DNA of 64,000 bases from the NCBI RefSeq assembly GCF_002571385.2, contig NW_019217871.1:186062-250061 (forward strand). Direction: 5' to 3'. The position numbers and the translations under genes were made by a program. The notes beneath the pieces were generated by a model. It worked only from the letters and a program-made list of their open reading frames with translations, had not been told where the DNA came from and made no database searches. Source of the DNA: Stylophora pistillata (Eukaryota). Shown here piece by piece: positions 55,901-64,000 of this stretch; the first letter of the stretch is position 1; each line of letters begins with the position of its first letter.

Positions 55901-57990
55901 AATTTTGTTTTGCACAGGAATTCTTGTAGTAGGTTGATGAAAAATGATATGAATTAGAACTGACACCTTGACAAGGCAGGAACAAGCCAGAAAAAAGGAT
56001 GATAAACTTGCATACTATATTTATTCAAGAGCCTTTTGGTACTTATCCAAATTGTTTTAACAGCTTAAGTGTAAGTGTAAACTTCATAATTTTTTCATCT
56101 CAGAAGATTCTTAAAGTAGACCTTAGTGACAGGTGCATTCTTCCTTAAGTCCCAGAACTGATTTATAGGTAACTTCTCCCTATAAGATCCATACATTATC
56201 CAGCAAACAGGTAATGCGAATACTCAAACTTATCAGGTAGAAGTTACCTTGATCTAACACCAAATTCTTGTAACTTATTTACAAGGAGATGTGTAGTAGC
56301 TAGAAGGGAGAATTAACCATTTTAATCATAACTTGGGGGTTGAAAGGTGAAACTGTTCTATACAGGTACATGACAAGTATGACAAGCCATATCAATCGAG
56401 AAGGAAGCGGAACTTGGCCATCTCTGGGGCAGTCACCCTCTCTGTCCTTGCATCACCCATCCTAGCTGCTCTAACTGTGGGTGTTGGGGTGCCAATTGCT
56501 CTTGGGTATATCTATGGTGTAGTGCCAGTTTCTCTCTGCCGCAGTGGAGGTTGTGCCACAGTGACCAATATTCGGAATGGTAAGGGAGTGAACCTTGATT
56601 TCGATGAAGATGGAGACCAAGGGACAGCCAGTGTAGCTGGGGTGTTTGGTACATCGCAATCTAGCAGCAGAAGCAGCATGAGAGTTGGTGAAAAGGGGTC
56701 TTCAACCGGGGTGGTTACAGTCGTGGCCACTGTCAACAACAGAGGAACAGGTAATCAAGTGCAAATTGTCAGATAACAGTGTTTGATGACTTAAAATAAT
56801 CCTTTGACCTTCTGTAGCACAATCTCAAGTGATCTACAAAGAGACTTCATCTTGAGACAAATGAGGATACCCAAACCTTTCATTCCCATCCAATACCTAA
56901 ATATCAATTTTCCACACTGAATATGAAATCAATCTTTGCAGTAATGAACTCTACTTTTAAGCAGTATTGAAAATAAGGCCTGAAAAAAATTCAGGCCTTT
57001 ACTATCCTGTCTGCTAATAACTTATGTTCCAACCATAGGACTGAGAATTTGGTGTGAATTCAATCAAAAACCCTCCATTTATTAATATTTTTGTTCTTCT
57101 CGGCACTGTTCTGCTTGAAAATGTATGGATATTATTAGGAGAAATGACTTTCTTGTCTCTCCTGAGAGTGGAAGGGTCAAGTCCCACTTTTGAGTTCACG
57201 GGCCCATTTCTTGAGTCCCGGAAACTTACAGGCCCGAAGCCATGTTTTAAAATCGAAATTTAATGGATAGGAAAGCAGGTTCTGGTACCCAAACCAGTCC
57301 TTTTTGTTTCTTTAGCTGATGGTTTTATTGTATTGTTTTCAAAACTTTTGAATTCCCCATCTTGAATGATAACAGAACAGCTTTAGGGGCCTGTTAAGTT
57401 ACTGGAACTTTTGAGAAACAGATCCCTGTTAAGTTGAATTGACAAGAGGGGTAAATTAAGAAAAGAACTAGATACCAAGGGAGTTAAATCATTTGAGAGT
57501 AATTTACTGAATTTTTAAATGTCTTTCAAGGGAATGCTCTTAGGGTGAGGGTTACAATGGGTCACAGTTGTGGGAACAGTGTGCTTTTTATTTATCACTG
57601 TGCCATCCTTGCTCCCTTGCCCATGCTGACATAGTATCATCTCTCTCAGACACAGAAAGCGGTAAGCAACCCAGTATTAGCATGAGTCAGGACTGTTCCA
57701 GCTTAGACAGCAGCACTATTGGCCCCAGAGGTGTTGGTGACGGTGACAGCCATGCCTCCCTCATCCCAGGTCCTAGAAGCTGCACTGTGAGCATTGCCAG
57801 CAGCTTTGACAATTTTAACATCAATTCATGCGAAGGAATAGGAACGTCTTCATCTATCACAGAGGCTATGGTAGTGGAAGCTGATGTTGTGGATCGAACA
57901 TCTGTTACGAATATTTCTCATCAAGGAAGCACGGTTGATAAGGACAGTTTATCTGTCCTGGAAAGTGTCGGTAGCAATGAAGACGATTAA
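52929..57990 (+). CDS. RNF19: RBR E3 ubiquitin ligase RNF19A/B (Dorfin) family, 565 aa
   Basis: Exons 52929-53737, 55589-55751, 56366-56750, 57650-57990 join in frame. RING1-IBR-RING2 ([62 protein letters not shown]) followed by two hydrophobic segments. Confidence 0.95.
54123..54215. repeat. 31-bp tandem repeat x3
   Basis: TGGGCTGGATCTCGGTGTAATTATGCCTTGG three times, one substitution. Confidence 0.95.
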
Positions 57991-60760
57991 TTTCTGGTAC
58001 CATGTGAGTTTAGAAAACAGTTTTTATGTCTAATTTATTTTTTGTTTATTAATTAATAGGTAAAGATATTCTCCAAGCTCAGTAGGATTCTAATAGAAAA
58101 ATAAATCTAAAATCAAAATTGCAATATTTTTTCATTTTAAGTGTTAGTTTTTCTCTGTCTTTTTTTTTTTTTTTTTGATACTTTTTTGTACATAACACTC
58201 CCCAAATCTTGCAAAGTGAACTCCTTCAATTTTTCAGTAGGAGTGTTAAGAGACCTTTAGCAAACCAGGATGGTGATGGCCATAAGGACATGGTAAAACA
58301 AAAGATCTAATGAGGAGAACAATAGCTGGTCATGTGTGTTTTAAAACTTTGTACATTTGTTAGCTATCCTCTGCAAAACAACAACATGAAATCAAACTAT
58401 TTAGCTTCCATTTGGAACTCAATGCTGCTTGCAATGAAGTTCAGGTGTGGTGCCAGCCATTTGCAAAATTCTAACTAAAAATATAAATTCACATTTTAAT
58501 CAATGTCTTCCCAAGAACGTTTGTCCTCACTGCTTAAGGTCTCTAATATTACTACTTTGCAAGACAAGCTGGTTAAAAAAAAGTAGCATACAATACTGTG
58601 TTTTTTGTTAGTCTGATTTGGTTTTTCAGGAAAATGAAACCTTTACAGAAAATCCAAGAATGTATTATATTGCAAAATCATGATGATGGTCTCAAGCAGT
58701 ACAATATCCACACTAGTTTTTTTAATTATCTGCAACTTTGTGTACAGTTTCCTTTTCCCCTTTCATATTCTTTTCTTTTCCTCCCAGAAGAATGTTTTTT
58801 AATTTCTTGCTTTGTACATAGTGTTTGTTCACCCTTAACAAACATTGTAAGCACTAATGTTCATTAATTTCTGCTAAGGATTGACTTTCTGACTTGTGCT
58901 CAGTTGTTCTTCTTGAGTATACAAATAAAATAAAAAAGTTTAAGTTTAGGTACTGTCGCAATTTTTAGCACGTAGGTGAATTGTTGTTCATTCAAAAAGG
59001 GTCTTAATTGATTCCTAATCCTTTGACCTCTAAGAGTGATGAGCATCTAATTTCTCCTTACAATATCACCCGTGAATCACTCATGAAAGTCATGAGAATT
59101 AAGGAAATGATCACCAACTAAAAAACCTCTCGATCATTGAACAAATTCTCCTTGTCAGCACCTTAGGAAATGAATAGAGAACAGTATGGAGAATATACAT
59201 ACTGAGGTTAGGGTGTAAACTATTGACGGTTTTAGTTGTCTGGGTAGATTCAGCAGATGTACTGTAGTATCTTTTTTTCATGTTTTCAGTAACAAATTAC
59301 TAGTATTTTGATCACCACATGTAAATTTGGGTCTAGATTGACTCTTAAAATTTCTATGGGGAGTGTAGCGTGGTTTGAAGTGAGGGTACAATGATCACAA
59401 CAAAATTCTTTCTAGAGGAAATAGATAGGAAGGCAGTAAAGCAAGTTAATATTTGAACTTTGGTAAATAGTGCATTGGTTGGGTTTCTTGGCCCAAAGTG
59501 GTTTAACAAGGTGGTTGAATAAGAAGGAATGGCAAATGGAGATATCTAAGGTGAACATGATGCTAAGATTCTTCTTTGAAAAGCATAGAGCAACACTAAA
59601 CCTATGTAGCTTTTGATCTTGTTATCAGTTTTGTTTATTGCCATAACCAAAATACGTTATTATTCACAAGAAAATGTGTTAGAATTGTGATACTCTTTTT
59701 TTGTGTGGTATGTGGGAGATATCAGCCTGACTGCAAGCAATCCCTCCTTTTTCAACAAAGGCATTTGTGACCAAAGAAAAATAAGTGGAATAAAACACCA
59801 ATCGTAGCAGACTGCGTGGAACTTTTCCATGCAGGAAAGACTCTGCTAAAAAGTAGGGACTGCTTGTAGTCTAGATATCAGCCACTTCAAATGACTTTTG
59901 TTTACTTGTAATTATTAATATTTCAGTCTTTCATTATATTGAGATACATGTAAATATAATACACTTTCATTTGTTTGTAAATATGATACACTTTCATTTG
60001 TTTGTAAATAAATTAAATGTAGCTATCTTCAAATTGATGTAAGAAATATTAATCACAATTTTAAGGTAAATAAATATCAATTTTTATCCACTGGTTGTGG
60101 TGAATGCTTTATTATGATTTGCATTATACATTAACTGTTTTTTTTTTTTATTTCTAGTTTTTTCGGCATGGCCAAAGATGCAGTAATTCAAAGTAGTTAG
60201 CAAATAATCAGAAAAATAATTTTGTTTTTAGAAAGTTGTTTTTCGTCTAGTCGCGAGTATGGGATACCGAAAAATTTCTGATTTCCCTATGATTTATAGT
60301 CTATATTATTCTATATTACTTTGCCACGCCCAAAACTTACATCTTTCTTATTTGTTACAATTTTGTTTTTGTGAAGCAGATTCCATGTCGCCAAGGGTCT
60401 GCATAGTAATAGATCACAAGTACTGTAAAAACCCGCAGACAAGCCGCACCTTTTTTGCCAAAAATCGTCGCTAGAAATTAGCGGTGCGGCTTATCTGCAG
60501 GAACATATGAAAAAGGTGTCGTGAATGTTGTGATTTTCTATTCCGAACTAATGCCTGGTTACTAAGCTTTTGAATGTTCCGCCCATGTTCTTGTTGTAAT
60601 GCAAGAACCTATGGAAAAACTGTTGCGTGACGAAATTCCTGTCAACAAACACCGGAAAAAGATCAATCGTATGTCAAAGTTGGTAGAAACGATGTTCATT
60701 TTATTAAAGTGCTAAAATTGTGGGTAAGACTGAAGTATTTTCCGTTGCAATGTTAATAAT

Positions 60761-61128
60761 AGGGAATTTAAGCAAACCACGACCGCTACGGCTACGAGAA
60801 CGGGGAAACACAATAGATCTAATTGGCAGAACAATAGCCCAGCACGTGCGTTTTAAAACTTTGTACATTTCTTAGCCGTCCTTTGCAAAACAACAACGTG
60901 AAATCACCAAAATTTGCGTCGTCTGCGAAGCGAAACCGCGGCGGCAAATTATTTTAATTTACATTTGGAACTCAACGCTACTTTTATGCGTTATGTTGAG
61001 TTTGAGGTCTGGCGCCCTATGAGACGGTAAACACATGCAGCCATTTTCGAAATTCTAACTAAAAGTAGAAACTCATTTTTTAATCGACGTCTTCCGTGGC
61101 GTTGCCGTCCTGACTGCTTAAAGTCCCT
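60761..61128. mobile_element. MITE with TIRs; degenerate copy at ~58250-58545 in the RNF19 3' region
   Basis: AGGGAATTTAAGCA...TGCTTAAAGTCCCT termini. Internal TTTTAAAACTTTGTACATTT and CATTTGGAACTCAA blocks are shared with the 58.3-kb copy. Confidence 0.75.
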
Positions 61129-61253
61129 AATATCTGATCGGCTGCTGTTCATGTCTTTTCTACAGGCTGTGTATGGAGTACTGAGCGGTTTAGAGGGTCT
61201 TGATACGTTTAAAGACTTGATGACACACACCACAATGAAGCCATGGTATAACC

Positions 61254-61815
61254 NNNNNNNNNNNNNNNNNNNNNNNNNNNNNNNNNNNNNNNNNNNNNNN
61301 NNNNNNNNNNNNNNNNNNNNNNNNNNNNNNNNNNNNNNNNNNNNNNNNNNNNNNNNNNNNNNNNNNNNNNNNNNNNNNNNNNNNNNNNNNNNNNNNNNNN
61401 NNNNNNNNNNNNNNNNNNNNNNNNNNNNNNNNNNNNNNNNNNNNNNNNNNNNNNNNNNNNNNNNNNNNNNNNNNNNNNNNNNNNNNNNNNNNNNNNNNNN
61501 NNNNNNNNNNNNNNNNNNNNNNNNNNNNNNNNNNNNNNNNNNNNNNNNNNNNNNNNNNNNNNNNNNNNNNNNNNNNNNNNNNNNNNNNNNNNNNNNNNNN
61601 NNNNNNNNNNNNNNNNNNNNNNNNNNNNNNNNNNNNNNNNNNNNNNNNNNNNNNNNNNNNNNNNNNNNNNNNNNNNNNNNNNNNNNNNNNNNNNNNNNNN
61701 NNNNNNNNNNNNNNNNNNNNNNNNNNNNNNNNNNNNNNNNNNNNNNNNNNNNNNNNNNNNNNNNNNNNNNNNNNNNNNNNNNNNNNNNNNNNNNNNNNNN
61801 NNNNNNNNNNNNNNN
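61254..61815. other. Assembly gap (562 N)
   Basis: Run of N. Confidence 1.
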
Positions 61816-62120
61816 TTAAGTTTGTGTTTTTAATTTTAACTTTGTACGCTTTTCATTTTTAGTTTGAATGCGTTTCATTTTAACTTTGCGTGCTATTTTT
61901 AAAGTTTACTTGCCTGTCCTAAAATTTGTACACATTTTGCTAAGTTTGTACGCATTTTGTTAAGTTTGCATGTCCATTATTAAGTTTGTACGCATTTTGT
62001 TAAGTTTGCATGTCCTTTATTAAGTTTGTTAGCGCTTTTTACAGTTTGCGTGCATTTTATTAAGTTTGCTGGCTTTCTGTTAAGTTTGTCCGTAAATTAT
62101 TAAGTTTGCATGTGTTTTGT
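61816..62120. repeat. Degenerate ~21-bp tandem repeat (TTAAGTTTG.A.GCATTTTG) abutting the gap
   Basis: TAAGTTTG recurs at ~21-bp spacing. Confidence 0.8.
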
Positions 62121-62451
62121 GTAAATAACGTACGTAATTTGTCCATGCCACGGTATAGACGTCTAAATATGATAAGAACATCAGTGACACAGGGCGTATG
62201 TTTTACCACATTTTGACCTCATCTGTGATCTATTAGTGAAAATATGCACAGCAACATGGAATCTATGGGTTTAATGTAGGGCATGCAGAATAGCCAATCA
62301 AATTGCAGTATTGCTAATCATGCTTGTAGATTTCTACAAAGTGCTGTTGTCCTTCTCAAACAAAAGATGTCTTCCTCAGTTGTCACACAAACACTCGACT
62401 TAAGTATATCATTTGACGTGACTTGTATTCATTGAGCTGGAAAACTGAGCG

Positions 62452-62632
62452 ACCCTAAAACCAGGAACGATGGAACGACGGAACGATGGAACGATGGAAC
62501 GATGGAACGACGGAATAACGGAACGCCGGAATGACGGAATATGACCCCAAATCCTAAAACCAGGAACGACGGAATGCCGGAATGACGGAATGACGGAATA
62601 TGACCCCAAATCCTAAAACCCGGAACGGATGG
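62452..62632. repeat. 8-bp minisatellite (GGAACGAY/GGAATGAC) with higher-order unit ATATGACCCCAAATCCTAAAACC
   Basis: Read directly; explains the repetitive minus-strand ORFs at 62409-62662. Confidence 0.85.
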
Positions 62633-64000
62633 ACATGTTGCACGAAGTGTGTACAAAGACATTCAAGCACTTGGCTCATTCATCCCCAAGACGATAACGC
62701 ACGTGACTAAAACTAAGTGTTGATTTTTTTTCCTTTACTAAGTGTTATGAATAATTATGAGCCATTATACATGAAAGGTAGCTGCGTTGTAAACCTGTTT
62801 ATTTATCTTTTGTTGTGCTAAATATGCCATGAGTTTTAGTCGCGGCATAAGAAGTTGCACAGCATGTGAAAACGAACTTGACCTACCACATTGCAATAAA
62901 CAACTGGAACATATGTTTCGTGGTCACGTCTGCATGTTTTTCATGAAACATATGCTTGTAAGCGTGAGAAAATCACGGGAACCTCAAAATATAACGACGT
63001 TCAGCCACAGGTCCAAACTTAGACTAGCGTAAGAGTAAGCCCTAGTTTCGAGCCCTTTAATAAGAGCTTTTCTTCGTCCACGAATACATTTTAGACCTCG
63101 AGTAACACTAGCTGAAGAGAGGTTACATGGGGTCATCGCGTGGGAATTTCTCGTGGCGTTAAAAGACAAAAGGAAGTTAGCAGAAGGAAGCCGTCCAGAA
63201 GAATTTCAAGAATTCCTTTTTCACAAGGTGTCCAAAACACCACCATCCTCCTATGAAATGCATGGCTCACGGATCAGCGAAAGAACTAGACTTTGCGAAC
63301 ACAAAGAGGCTATGTTACCAATTCGTTTAGTGGATTTCTTCTTTTCCTCAGCAAATTGCAAATCTTCAACTCTCAGACGTTTTTAAAATTGGCTTTCCAA
63401 GGGAAATGTAATTCTTTGTCTTTTGACGCCACGATAACTTCCCACACGCGTGACCCTGCAAACCTTTCTTTACTTTAATAGGGCCTACAGCACGAGCGAC
63501 CTTAGACAAATTTTCTTGTCATCACCATCGGCATAGGGGCAACTATCAGCCGATAGTTCCTCGACAGAAACACTCTATTGTTTAACTAGGTATTTCAGTG
63601 TAGCGCGAAATTCTGTGATCTCGTCTTATAAGATCACTGACAAAAGGAAGATAGATAAATTCAGTAATAACATACTGTATACATAAAGGAAAAACGTGAA
63701 GCAACTGATAGTGCACACACAAATCGACTCAAAAGGCACACGGATAACTCAACAGTGGAGGATCGTAAACGTAGTATTTTAGATATAAATTAAAGTGCAG
63801 TGTTTATGTGGCAGTTTCGCTTTCGCATTACGGAAATTCCGAGATCTCGTCTGATAACATCAATCACAAAAGGAAGAGAGAGAAATCTGGTATTTACACA
63901 CTGTATACACGTTTTTCGAGGTGTGCGGTGTGCGATCTGCCAAGTGCTTGAATGTACAAACTTTCGTGCAACATGTCCTGCTACTACATCCGTTCCAGGT

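Noticed and set aside
61151-61819. 222-aa ORF
   Set aside because: Artefact of translating through the N gap.

Overview
Eukaryotic animal genomic DNA with GT-AG introns, tRNA-derived SINEs, MITEs and one 562-nt N gap. The repeat landscape suggests a stony coral (inference). Housekeeping genes form three head-to-head pairs: RPN2 (-, 5' six coding exons) / SWSAP1 (+); MRTO4 (-) / RPL19 (+); and a short membrane-anchored glucosidase-II-beta-like gene (-) / RNF19 (+). Between the first two pairs lies a ~31-kb array of three + strand coiled-coil genes with intronless CDS. The largest is one 14.2-kb frame (4736 codons) that the ORF track splits into four at three in-frame stops, with no frameshifts. 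It and the 2484-aa neighbour are paralogues built from a module resembling golgin-160/GOLGA3 (recalled, unverified), and each has an RFX X-box-like site upstream. Other highlights: MRTO4 lacks its central exons, RPL19 intron 3 holds a candidate H/ACA snoRNA complementary to 18S rRNA, and Penelope-type palindromes carry degenerate minimal hammerhead cores. The lesions may reflect a decaying haplotype or duplicate, assembly error, or, for the giant gene, stop-codon recoding.
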